The notes below the pieces were generated by a model that worked only from the letters and a program-made list of their open reading frames with translations, did not search any database and was not told the origin of the DNA. 64,000 bases of DNA, taken from NCBI GenBank assembly GCA_950097015.1, contig CATNEN010000007.1:2790001-2854000 (forward strand), given 5' to 3'. Positions 20,307-32,505 of this stretch are shown here, piece after piece. Position 1 is the first letter of the stretch. Each line of letters opens with the position of its first letter. Made by a program: the position numbers and the translations under genes. Origin of the DNA: Macrostomum hystrix (lineage: Eukaryota; Animalia; Platyhelminthes).

Positions 20307-23300
20307 ATGAAACTCAGATTCCTGCTGTCTCGCATTCCCCGCGATGGCTGCTATTATTCTCGGTTCGCGTTTCGCGTTGCCTCGCTAGTGATTGGCCTGT
20401 TGTGCTTTGTTTTCATTGGTAGGTTGCTATTGGTAGTAATGGGATGAGATGTCTTCAGTGTTTTCATTCCACCCCCACCTAGTTTTAATTAGTCAGATTT
20501 GGCCTGAATGTCAAATCCGATGATTCTAAGATATGTTGAAGGCAATTACCAGTAATTTCGTATGCATTAATTTATTTAATTAGTAACTATTATAACTATT
20601 AGTAACAGACAAACCGAACTGATTTGCAGTTGTAGTCTAAAAATATTATATGCATATTCACTTCGTTGTTTATTGTTATTTGCTAGTTTCTGTTCTCAAC
20701 CAATCAGAGGGAGGGCATCGTTGTTTTAGAAATTGGGTTGTAAATTGGCTTCAGCCAATCAGAGATGGCCGCTGTCTGAACAAATCAGGAAGCACTGTTG
20801 ACGATGGCATGATGTGGTAAATTGGCTACAACCAATTAGAAATGACCTGGGGTACGGACTGCCGCAGTGGGTATGTTTGTGCGATGGCCCAGCCAATCAG
20901 AGATGGTTATAAGGTAGGCAGTTTGGGGTCGGGTGAAACTTGATGCAGCTAGAAGGTATTCCTACTTTTTGGTTACTGTTTAAACTTTTTAAACATTTTT
21001 CTTGTTTTTCCTTTGATTGCATGTTCTGCTATGATTCGTGTCAGACAGACACCTCCCAAGCGCTTTTCCCCACCAATTTTTATCCCTCCCCGCTAGTGAA
21101 TTCCCTGCTCAGGACGGCTACTCAGCTCTCGGGCAAGCTCAACCGCCAGGCTCATAGAGACTCGCTAGCGTTCGGGTCTGGCGAACACCGAGAGTCGCCT
21201 ACGCAGGAGCTTCAAAGGCTGGCCAAGCACCTGCAGTTGGTGTACGATGTCTCACAGAACACAGGTGGCAGCGCAGCCACCCAGACTGTTGTTATCTATC
21301 TAAAAAATCCCCTCAAAACGCCGCTTGGCGCCGGCATTCGATGGCGAATGTACTTCTCGCTGATGCACCCGGTGATGCAATATCAGGCTAGCCGGGGCTG
21401 CGGCGACAAGCTCGGGTTCATTGTGCGGCACGTGAATGGTTACCTGCACTACCTGCAGCTAGATGGCGAAGCGGCGGCTGCTGGCCTGCCGCCTGGCAAC
21501 GACTGCTTTATTGTGTATACGGGCGTTGGCAGCGTGATTTCCAGGTGAGCAGATTAAATTCTATGAGTATTATAGAATTAGTACAAAGTAGAGCTAATTT
21601 TTTCATTTATTAAAATGTGAAATAAATTCAAATTTATATGTGAATATCTGGACTATGCCGATGCTTTGTGATTCTGAAAGTTGCTTTATCTCATAGAGCT
21701 AGTGTTCTGGATTTTAACTGTGGTTGGTTGAATAATTTGGGAGATACACGAGGATATTTGAAATAGCTAAATTTGCGATGAAATTCCAGATACGACGCCT
21801 TCCCCAACTGGTACCTGGTGCCGCTGATGCCGCCAGACTACACCAGCGAGTCTCCGCAGGCGGTTGTAGTCGAATGCACAGCCGGCATTGATAATCAATT
21901 CGTGGCCCCGTTCCTGACGCCGGCCCAGTTTAAGCGCGGCTCATCGGACGCGCACTCGCCTTGGACACCGGAGGAGCGGGACAGGCGTCGGCTGGCTTAC
22001 CTGGGCGGCAGGTGAGCACTGATTTGCTGATTGTCTCTTATCATTTGTTCCATATCAAATCATCTTGGGCAAACAGATTTAAACTTTTTAGAATTTTTCC
22101 GAAGTGGCATTAGCAAATTCTCAAGCAGATTAGCGAATTCCGAAACGGATTAGCTAATCCCAAAGCAGATTAGCGAATTTCCAAGCGGATTAGCAAATTC
22201 CAAAGCAGATTAGCGGATTCTCAAGCGGATTAGCGATCGTCAATTATTTATGATGAATCGGCATTACGGCCTTCGTATGGGCCATCCCCATTGTCGAGTA
22301 CATGTGGGAATCTTCCTGATGCATTACGATTGTGGTGTTTTTCTGATCTTCAAATACCATTTAAAAATCCCGATTATCGATTTTCAGTGGGAATCTCGAT
22401 TATCGTATTTGTAAGGGGAAATCCCGATGATCTATTTTTCACGGGGAATCCCCGGTGTGTCAGTGGCAGAGCGGTTTAACGCGGTCGCCTCTTTCACCAA
22501 GGTCCCTGAGCTCGATTTCGTGGCGAGGCCTCATTCATTTCGGGCCAGCCGCATAGAGAAGTTTTGGGGGCTTGACGTGAAATTTACGCCCTTGAGGGTA
22601 AACCTCAGAGTAATTGAGAATGTACACTGCCTGAAGATGAGAAACTTAGGGCAGATGTACACACCTGTGTGAGCGTGTGCCTGCGTATGGTATCCAGGTG
22701 TGTTTTGTGTGCTCAGGAGTCAGCGAAATGGGCAGAATTGCCTCCTCGCTGGCTGCGGGTCTATTGTCACCAAATGATGTGCCATTGCCCGCAGCCCTCC
22801 TGCAATTATTACTATTTTTATTATGGGAAATCCCGATTATCGATTTTTTGGGAATCCCGAGTATCGCTTTTTTGGAAATCCCGAGTATCGATTTTTTGGG
22901 AAATCCCGATTATCGATTTTTTGGGAATTCCCGATTATTGGGTTTTTCAGAAATCCCGATTATTGATTTTTGGGAAATCCCGATTATCGATTTCTATTGG
23001 GAATATTGATTAACGATTGGTCAGTTTTTATGTCGTTTCCCTTTCCTATGCGTAACCCTATTATCGAAACAGAATGTAAAGAGCAAGTAGTAAAATCCCC
23101 TGTTATCCGATTCTCGACAGTGAGCCATCGCAGCAGCCCAGCTCCGCGAATCCCACGCCGGTGCGCCTAGTTCCCACCCCGGTGCTGGTCCGCCCGCTGT
23201 CGCGCGGCCAGTCGGCCCTGTCCACCGTCGGCCTGCTGTCGGCCGCCAGATTTCGCGGCGAGGTCGGCTGCGACCCGGCCGAGCCGACCTTGGCCTACCT

Positions 23301-26300
23301 GCAGGACCGGCAGAAGCTTCTGACACCGGCTTCGGCCAGCTCAGCCGCAGCCGACGCCTTGGATGTGTCGCTTTGCTCCAGGTCTGATGAAGCCACCCTG
23401 ACGGCTTCCCTGACTGACGCCAATCAGCCAGCTTTGAAGCCTTTCCAGCGCCGCGGGGCCTACCTGCTGAGGTTCCATCCCGACAGGCGGCGAGTCGATC
23501 TGCGCGCCTTCTCGCCCGAAGGTCTGTTCGCGGCGGCGCAGACTCTGCTGACTCTGCTTCACGATCCGGGGCCTCCGTTGGCCACCCGGCTGATTCTGGA
23601 TTATCCCAGATTCGATTATCGCGGCCTCATGATTGACGTGGCCAGAAATTTTCAACCTCTGCCTGTCCTATTGCGAATCGTTGATGTCATGGCCCTGTAC
23701 AAGATGAACAAACTGCACCTGCACCTGACTGATGACGAGGCCATCAGGCTGCCCATTACTGAGGCCTACAAGCTGGCTAGCAGGCGGTGCCACGATCCCA
23801 CGGCTAAGCTGTGTCTGCCGCCTCAGCTGGGCTCGCATCCCACCGATGGTAATGCGCCGGGATCTGGATATTACACGTCTACTGAGTATGCTCAGCTGTT
23901 GAAATACGCGGCCGATAGATTTATTGAGATTATTCCCGAGGTGAGTGGCTTGGGTTCGTTATCTTGGATTTTCTGATCGATTTTAAGAAAAAAACGTAAT
24001 GAAGAACGGTGTGTGAGATTTAGTCAGGGATAGAGGATTAGAGATAGGGGTAGAGGATTAGAGATAGGGATTGATGGTTATAGATAAGGGGTAGATGAAT
24101 CGAGATTGGGGTAAAGCTTTATAAATAGGGAGTAGGTGATAAAAGAATGGGGGTAGAGGATTAGAGATAGGGGGGTAGTTGATTAGAGATAGGGGGTAGA
24201 GGATTAAAGATAGGGGTAGAGGATTAGAGATAGGGGGTAGTTGATTAGAGATAGGGGGTAGAGGATTAAAGATAGGGGGTAGAGGACTAGAGATAGGGGG
24301 TAGTTGATTAGAGATAGGGGGTAGAGGATTAAAGATAGGGGGTAGAGGATTAGAGATAGGGGGTAGAGGATTAGAGATTAGGGGTAGAGGATTAAAGATA
24401 GGGGTAGAGGATTAGAGATAGGGGGTAGAGGATTAGAGATAGGGGTAGAGGATTAGAGATAGGGGGTAGAGGATTAGAGATAGGCGGTAGAGGATTAGAG
24501 ATAGGGGTAGAGGATTAGAGATAGGGGTAGAGGATTAGAGATTGGGGGTTGAGGATTAGAGATTGGGGGTAGAGGATTAGAGATAGGGGGTAGAGGATTA
24601 GAGATAGGCGGTAGAGGATTAGAGATAGGGGTAGAGGATTAGAGATAGGGGTAGAGGATTAGAGATTGGGGGTTGAGGATTAGAGATTGGGGGTTGAGGA
24701 TTAGAGATTGGGGGGTAGAGGATTAGAGATTGGGGGTAGAGGATTAGAGATTGGGGGGTAGAGGATTAGAGATTGGGGGTTGAGGATTAGAGATAGGGGG
24801 TTGAGGATTAGAGATAGGGGGTTGAGGATTAGAGATTGGGGGGTAGAGGATTAGAGATAGGGGTTGAGGATTAGAGATTGGGGGGGTAGAGGATTAGAGA
24901 TTGGGGGTTGAGGATTAGAGATTGGGGGGTAGAGGATTAGAGATTGGGGGGGGTAGAGGATTAGAGATAGGGGTTGAGGATTAGAGATTGGGGGGGTAGA
25001 GGATTAGAGATTGGGGGTAGAGGATTAGAGATTGGGGGTTGAGGATTAGAGATTGGGGGGTAGAGGATTAGAGATTGGGGGGGTAGAGGATTAGAGATAG
25101 GGACAGCAGAGAGTAGAGGAAGGAAAGTAGAGAAAATAACTTCACAGTGGTTTCTCGCTAATCTACGCTACATAAAAAGTAACTTTCCAATCAACTGCAG
25201 GTGGACATGCCCGCCCACGCGCACGCCTTGATCGCATCCCACCGAGGCCGGGCCCAGCTGACGGACCCGGCCGATCCCAGCCGGCCAGTCAGTGTGCAGA
25301 ATTTCCACAACAACAGCCTGAATCCGTGCATGCCGGACACCAGGCAGTTGATTCGCCGCATCATCTCAGACCTGGTCCGGCTGCACTCGCTGGCCAATAT
25401 TCCATTGGCCACCTTCAACTTTGGCGGAGACGAGCCGCCCGGCGAGGCGTGGCAATTCTCGCCGGCCTGCCTCAAGCTGGGGCTGAATACGCGCGATGCT
25501 ATAAATAGATTCTTCCTCGGCAGCGTGGTGGGCGAACAGGCTGGCCGGGACAAACTGGCCCTGATTGGCTGGGAGGACGGCTACGTTGTGAAAGACGCGG
25601 ACAAGAGGCCCTACAATTTGTCGGAGATTTTTTCACAACCGGCTGGCGCTCGGCCGAAGGACACCCTGGTGCTGTCCTGGCTCAATCAGATGGCCTGGGG
25701 CTCTGGCGACCTTGCCTACAAGTTTGCCAATACCGGCTATAAGGTGAGGCAATCGTGAGCCAGGTGGGAGAGGGGATCATTAGACAGCTAGTGGGAGAGG
25801 GGATCATTAGACAGCTAGTGGGAGAGGATCATGAGACATCTAGTGGGAGAGGGGATCATTAGACAGCTAGTGGGAGAGGATCATGAGACAGCTAGTGGGA
25901 GAGGGGATCATTAGACAGCTAGTGGGAGAGGGGATCATTAGACAGCTAGTGGGAGAGGGGATCATTAGAGAGCTAGTGGGAGAGGGGATCATGAGACAGC
26001 TAGTGGGAGAGGATCATGAGACATCTAGTGGGAGAGGGGATCATGAGACAGCTAGTGGGAGAGGATCATGAGACAGCTAGTGGGAGAGGATCATGAGACA
26101 GCTAGTGGGAGCGGATCATGAGACAGCTAGTGGGAGAGGATCATGAGACATCTAGTGGGAGAGGGGATCATGAGACAGCTAGTGGGAGAGGATCATGAGA
26201 CATCTAGTGGGAGAGGGGATCATGAGACATCTAGTGGGAGAGGGGATCATTAGACAGCTAGTGGGAGAGGATCATGAGACAGCTAGTGGGAGAGAGGATC

Positions 26301-27802
26301 ATGAGATTCCAACGCTATTAAATCGAGGTTCCCACAGTTATACTCCACCTGGTCAAACTCGCACAGGTGGTGCTGGCACACGCCACTCATCTGTACCTGG
26401 ACCATCAGCAGGAGCCGGATCCGGAGGAGCGCGGCCTCTACTGGGCCACTCGCTACATTGATCTGCGCAAGGCTTTCGAATTCGATGCGGTGGATATCTA
26501 CGCCAACATGCGCGAGGATATCATGGGCCAGCCGGTGAGACCACTTTCTGAAGACCACTTAGCTGACTAGATTCGATTTATTTTTAATTCAAATGGTGTG
26601 GAAATTCGCGAAAATCGGTCATTCGCTTTGGGAGCTGGCGTGAAGTAGGCAGCGGGTATTTGAAATAGCCCCGTAACCAACGCCGCACACTCCAGGTGGA
26701 CGTGGCGGCCACCTGCGCCGAACGCGGCGGTTGCGCGAGCCTGAACCAGCCGGACAACATCGTCGGCCTGACCGGCGCCCTGTGGGGCGAGACCCTCCTG
26801 GCCGATCGGCTGGTGTTTCCAATGCTGCTGCCGCGGCTGCTGGCCATCGCCGAGCGGGCCTGGCACCGCGGCCAGTGGGAAGGCCTAGCCAGTCAGCCGG
26901 AACTGCGGGACGGCCCGCTGGCCGCCGACTGGACCGAGTTTGTCAACGCAGTCAGCCAGCGCGAGCTGTCCAGACTGGCCCGGCTGGGCATTCGGTTTCA
27001 CCTGCCGCCGCCAGGAGCCAAGCTGAACCCTGTAACTAGGCGAGTCCGGCTCAGCCACCAGACTCCGCACAATGTCCGACTGTTCTACGCTTTCACTTCG
27101 AGCCTGACAAGCCGGGCGGGCGAGCACTGGGAGGAGGCCAAGCACGGAGATGATCTGGCTGTGCCTGGCAGCGCCGCTCTCATGTTGCTGAAGGCTGGGT
27201 GAGTACTGAGACTGGGATATGGGAGAATAGAGACAGGGTGAGATCAGAGAATAGAGACAGGGTGAGATGGGATAATAGAGACAGTGTGATGGGAGAATAG
27301 AGACTGGGTGATATGGGAGAATAGAGACTGGGTGAGATGGGAGAATAGAGACTGGGTGAGATGGGAGAATAGAGACTGGGTGAGATGGGAGAATAGATAC
27401 AGAGTGAGATGGGAGTATATAGACGGTGAGAAAGGAAATTAGAGACGGGGTAAGATTTTAGAGAAAATCGAATTGAGGCAAAGCGAATCCCAGTTAAACT
27501 TTCTCTGTTCCTCCAGTTTTGGTGACTCCACCAGCCGGCACGAAATCTATGTCGAGAGTCGCACGGTGAAGCTGCCGCTGACCGCCTCGGCGGCCGCCTT
27601 TGTACACGGCGCCGCCAAGTCAAATCCGCCAGCCAATGAGAGACCGGCGCGCGACTCGCCGCTCGGCGATGTGCCCGCTGCCGCCGCCGAGGCCGCTTCA
27701 ACTGCGATGCACTGGCTGCTGTTCGCCATATTTCTGGCAGCCGTCGTCTGCCTCACCTGCCTCACCTGCTGCTGGATCAACTTGCAACAGAAGGCCGGCT
27801 GA
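20307..27802 (+). CDS. GH20 beta-N-acetylhexosaminidase, bacterial chitobiase-like architecture, with signal peptide and C-terminal TM; exons 20307-20418, 21049-21544, 21790-22011, 23121-23940, 25201-25743, 26367-26534, 26696-27198, 27517-27802 (1049 aa)
   Basis: DYPRFDYRGLMIDVARNF, MNKLHLHLTDDE, IEIIPEVDMPAHA, FGGDE (catalytic pair), EPDPEERGLYWATR, GALWGET, RLLAIAERAWH and LPPPGA follow Serratia/Vibrio chitobiase order. All splice phases are consistent; exon 1 is the least certain. Confidence 0.88.
22455..22824 (+). mobile_element. SINE family A, full-length copy in hexosaminidase intron 3
   Basis: GTCAGTGGCAGAGCGGTTT A box, CTGAGCTCGATTTC B-box variant, and 3' end CAGCCCTCCTGCAATTATTACTATT. 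Confidence 0.75.
22824..23003. repeat. Degenerate about 24-bp tandem repeat abutting the SINE tail
   Basis: GGGAAATCCCGATTATCGATTTTTT repeats; related units also occur at about 22365-22450. Confidence 0.8.
24030..25102. repeat. G-rich 21-23-bp minisatellite in hexosaminidase intron 4
   Basis: GGGGGTAGAGGATTAGAGAT(A/T) units with a variable G-run. Confidence 0.95.
25763..26305. repeat. 25/27-bp minisatellite in hexosaminidase intron 5
   Basis: GTGGGAGAGG(GG)ATCATGAGACAGCTA units. Confidence 0.95.
27205..27428. repeat. 24-bp minisatellite in hexosaminidase intron 7
   Basis: GAGAATAGAGACTGGGTGAGATGG units. Confidence 0.9.
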
Positions 27803-27809
27803 CTCCCAG

Positions 27810-28336
27810 ACCCCCAGCTAGACCTACCTGACACCCTCAGCTAGACCTACCTGACACCCAGCTAGACCTACCTGACACCCAGCTAGACATACCTGACACC
27901 CGCAGCTAGACCTACCTGACACCCTCAGCTAGACCTACCTGACACCCTCAGCTAGACCTACCTGACACCCCCAGCTAGACCTACCTGACACCCGCAGCTA
28001 GACCTACCTGACACCCTCAGCTAGACCTACCTGACACCCCCAGCTAGACCTACCTGACACCCGCAGCTAGACCTACCTGACACCCTCAGCTAGACATACC
28101 TGACACCCTCAGCTAGACCTACCTGACACCCTCAGCTAGACCTACCTGACACCCCCAGCTAGACCTACCTGACACCCGCAGCTAGACCTACCTGACACCC
28201 TCAGCTAGACCTACCTGACACCCTCAGCTAGACCTACCTGACACCCTCAGCTAGACCTACCTGACACCCTCAGCTAGACCTACCTGACACCCTCAGCTAG
28301 ACCTACCTGACACCCTCAGCTAGACCTACCTGACCC
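27810..28336. repeat. 23-bp minisatellite starting just after the hexosaminidase stop codon
   Basis: CAGCTAGACCTACCTGACACCCT units. Confidence 0.95.
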
Positions 28337-28624
28337 TATCAGTGTTGCTGATGAAGCTTGTCAGATCTATTGTTCTGCAAGCTATTCTGTTTTCATTCCG
28401 AATTATCGTTTTTGCAGATTTTTTATGTGCTGATTTTAAATTTTAGCAGAGATTGAACTGGCCTTTGTTAGTCAGTGCACAGGGGTCTTGGCAAAAGTGT
28501 GTGGTTTTTCTTCACATTGAAATATGTGTGCATTTTTTTTATTTTATAAATCTTTCTGTTTGCTGTATAAAATGTTAAATATTGAAAATTTTATGAAAAA
28601 TAGAAAGCTTTCTATGTTTGTTTT

Positions 28625-29905
28625 CCACCTACCATATCCCATCCATTTCCTCTCATATCCATCCCATCCATTTCCTACCATATCCCATCCATTTCCTCTC
28701 ATATCCCATCCATTTCCTCTCATATCCATCCCATCCATTTCCTACCATATCCCATCCATTTCCTCTCATATCCCATCCATTTCCTACCATATCCCATCCA
28801 TTTCTTACCATACCCCATCCATTTCTTACCATATCCCATCCATTTCCTACCATACCCCATCCATTTCTTACCATATCCCATCCATTTCCTCTCATATGCC
28901 ATCCATTTCCTCTCATATCCCATCCATTTCCTACCATATCCCATCCAAATTTCCTCTCATATCCATCCCATCCATTTCCTACCATATCCCATCCATTTCC
29001 TCTCATATCCCATCCATTTCCTCTCATATCCATCCCATCCATTTCCTACCATATCCCATCCATTTCCTCTCATATCCCATCCATTTCCTCTCATATCCCA
29101 TCCATTTCCTACCATATCCCATCCATTTCTTACCATATCCCATCCATTTCCTACCATATCCTATCCATTTCCTACCATATCTCATCCATTTCCTACCATA
29201 TCCCATCCATTTCCTACCATATCCTATCCATTTCCTACCATATCCTATCCATTTCCTACCATATCTCATCCATTTCCTACCATATCCTATCCATTTCCTA
29301 CCATATCTCATCCATTTCCTACCATATCCCATCCATTTCCTACCATATCCTATCCATTTCCTACCATATCTCATCCATTTCCTACCATATCCTATCCATT
29401 TCCTACCATATCTCATCCATTTCCTACCATATCTCATCCATTTCCTACCATATCCTATCCATTTCCTACCATATCCCATCCATTTCCTACCATATCCCAT
29501 CCATTTCTTACCATATCCTATCCATTTCCTACCATATCCCATCCATTTCTTACCATATCCCATCCATTTCCTACCATATCCTATCCATTTCTTACCATAT
29601 CCCATCCATTTCCTACCATATCCCATCCATTTCTTACCATATCCTATCCATTTCCTACCATATCCCATCCATTTCTTACCATATCCCATCCATTTCCTAC
29701 CATATCCCATCCATTTTTTACCATATCCCATCCATTTCCTACCATATCCTATCCATTTCTTACCATATCCCATCCATTTCTTACCATATCCTATCCATTT
29801 CCTACCATATCCTATCCATTTCTTACCATATCCCATCCATTTCTTATCATGTCCCATCCATTTCTTACCATATCCCATTGATTTCCTCTCATATCTCATA
29901 TATCC
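28625..29905. repeat. 21-bp minisatellite
   Basis: CCATATCCCATCCATTTCCTA units. The multiple long ORFs here are repeat translations. Confidence 0.96.
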
Positions 29906-30685
29906 CCAATAGTTATCTATTTCCTTTCATATCTCATCGAGTCCTCTTACACCCCATCCATTACTTCCTAAATCTCAGCCAGTCCTCGAATATCCCCTCA
30001 AATTTTCCTGTCGCTTAGTGTTTTGTCTGTTCTAATATCTAAAGACTCGGATGTGTTTGAAGCAGTACTAATCATTTTAGTTTAACAATTTCAAGTTCTG
30101 ATATATATTCTCTTTTATCCCTAAAGGACAACGATGATTATTTAATTAATTTCAGTATTTGTTTTTGTTTACTCTCATTAAGAAAATTTAAGTCAGAAAT
30201 TATACTTTTTTCGTTTATTTCTTTTGTAAAAATACGCACAATAAAAGGTAATTTATAAGAATAATCTATCACAATAGCACAGCTGTCTTATATGTGATTA
30301 ATGTTATTCTAAATAAACTACGAGTATCATCTATTTTGGCATCAGAATATTGAATTTAGTTTAGTCTATTCGTCTTCTTGCAAATCTGTTTTGCAAGATA
30401 ATTTTTTTTACTTTTTATTTTTTGTGTCAAGTCTTTTCTTAGAAATGAAATATATAGTAAATGCATCGTTAGATAATTTCCTAAACTGTAAAATATATCT
30501 TACAAAAAAACTGGGGACTTTTTCATTTTTACTGACTGATGCTATTGGCTAGTTAGTTGGGTTTGAGATAACTGTTGAACTGAGTCCTTGTGTGGAGAGT
30601 TGTAAAATATGCCTTTGCTTAACGCGCTACTTAAAGTAATGTCACAAGGAAACCTCAGCCATAACGTTTAATCTATTATTAGGAA

Positions 30686-30862
30686 TGAGTCATGCGCTAT
30701 TTTCAGAAACAAGTCATGTGACATGAAACCGGAGAACTGGTTCTCGACAGCTGGATTTGCTTGAATTCCAAATATGGTAAAACAAACAATTATGACTCAT
30801 CGGTTTCTGCATCTGTATTTACACAATATTCCAAATATGGTAAAACTCACAATCATGACTCA
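30686..30862. promoter_or_regulatory. Duplicated CArG box + AP-1 module (candidate SRF enhancer/promoter)
   Basis: CCAAATATGG at 30768-30777 and 30831-30840; TGACTCA at 30793 and 30856; TGAGTCA at 30686; CAGCTG at 30748. Function is inferred from motifs only. Confidence 0.45.
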
Positions 30863-31682
30863 CTAAACAAATATGTGTGACCTAAGTAAACACCCGGTAG
30901 TAGAACCGGTTTTCCCCCAAAATTTTACTATACATACAAGCGAAAATCCGAGCTGAAAATTCAGACTCGGAGCGGTCCACCGGACTTCAAAACTGCTTAC
31001 GAAGAAGAGGACCCATCTCTGGGGGAAAGACAAGTGGCAAGCGCTTTACTAGACAGAGTTATTTATTGCTAGCAATACTTGTTGAATTGAACTAAGTTTA
31101 CGAGAGCCACATATCGTCGATACATTTGAGAAAGGCCTCCTCGTTTCCTAGGATACATTCCTAGAGGATTATTGATTTGATTTGAGTCATCCGTTATCTT
31201 TCGGAGGTAACGAAGAAGACGCCCTTCAGGAGGACCTATTAGAGAGACACAAGAGAGATTTCAATTGTTCACTAGGGCGCACGTTTCTATTGTGAATTCC
31301 GAGCTCGAGGAAACCGCGACAAGTAATCTGATTCGCTCTCGTCATTTATTGGCCAGCAGACAAACTCAAGCAACTGCCAAGAAGACAAAGAAGACAAGAC
31401 TACAAAGACTCAAGAAACACAGACTCGAAACCTCACGGTCGACCAGAACAAGGATAAGAAGAACCGCCGGCTGTCGAAGACCAAAGACTACGAACTACTC
31501 ACTACCAAGGAACAAGAAGCAACTGCAGTAAGTGTCACGTGACTGTTATAAATTCCTAGGCGATTGTTCCCCAGTCTAGAAGTGGGAGTTTCGTGTGTCT
31601 GATCAACACGCAAAACTCTTCACTTGGAGTCCTCGACACAGAGATTTGGCTGTTAGTGGTGGCCTGACCAGTCCACATTCTG

Positions 31683-31924
31683 GCACGTTCGGGTGACATG
31701 CTGATCAATTTTGAAGGCCTGGCAAGACCGCACTGAAGTGCAGTGCAAATTCGTCTATAGGAGTGTATGAAATACACTAGCGCTTATGGGAAAAATCTGA
31801 CCTTCGGCCAGAACCATTGAATATCTCGACGGTAACGACATGATTCTTGTTTCAGAATGTGTGCAACAAGAGGTTGGCTTGATTTTTGTGTTTAGGTAAT
31901 TCCCCCACCTTGGTTGCTCTACTG
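31683..31924. mobile_element. MITE family B copy, internally deleted, left end unclear
   Basis: GCACGTTCGGGTGACATGCTGAT..GAAATACACTAGCGCTT shared with the other copies. Right TIR CCTTGGTTGCTCTACTG followed by TTAA. Confidence 0.7.
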
Positions 31925-32066
31925 TTAAATGGGTGCCAGCATCAGCTGGGGTAATTGAGGGTGGATGTGGCGCCACGCCCTCCCCAGTCCATGGACTGAA
32001 CAGCCGTACGCAGCCTTCAGATGCGCCAAGCAATAGCTGCGGCTGTGCTGTCGGCTGCACATCTAG
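31925..32066 (+). mobile_element. SINE family C, 3' half
   Basis: ATGGGTGCCAGCATCAGCTGGGGTAATTGAGGGTGG..CATGGACTGAACAGCCGTACGCAGCC is shared with the other family C copies. Confidence 0.75.
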
Positions 32067-32098
32067 CGCAGTGAAATCAATTAATCTTGAAGGTCTTG

Positions 32099-32505
32099 AT
32101 TAAGCTGTCCTTGGGTCTTGATTAAGCAGTCCTTGGGTCTTGATTAAGCAGTCCTTGGGTCTTGATTAAGCAGTCCTTGGGTCTTGATTAAGCAGTCCTT
32201 GGGTCTTGATTAAGCAGTCCTTGGGTCTTGATTAAGCAGTCCTTGGGTCTTGATTAAGCAGTCCTTGGGTCTTGATTAAGCAGTCCTTGGGTCTTGATTA
32301 AGCAGTCCTTGGGTCTTGATTAAGCAGTCCTTGGGTCTTGATTAAGCAGTCCTTGGGTCTTGATTAAGCAGTCCTTGGGTCTTGATTAAGCAGTCCTTTG
32401 GTCTTGATTAAGCAGTCCTCGGGTCTTGATTAAGCAGTCCTCGGGTCTTGATTAAGCAGTCCTCGGGTCTTGATTAAGCAGTCCTTTGGTCTTGATTAAG
32501 CAGTA
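32099..32505. repeat. 22-bp minisatellite
   Basis: CTTGATTAAGCAGTCCTTGGGT, about 18 copies. Confidence 0.96.

Noticed and set aside
28524-30018. Several 290-466-aa ORFs (YPIHFLP/SISYHIP repeats)
   Set aside because: Translations of the 21-bp minisatellite.
31265-31531. Basic 88-aa ORF ending at a GTAAGT donor, phase-compatible with exon 32759-32835
   Set aside because: A-rich composition unlike other exons, no recognisable domain and no clear ATG or acceptor; may be a 5'UTR exon.
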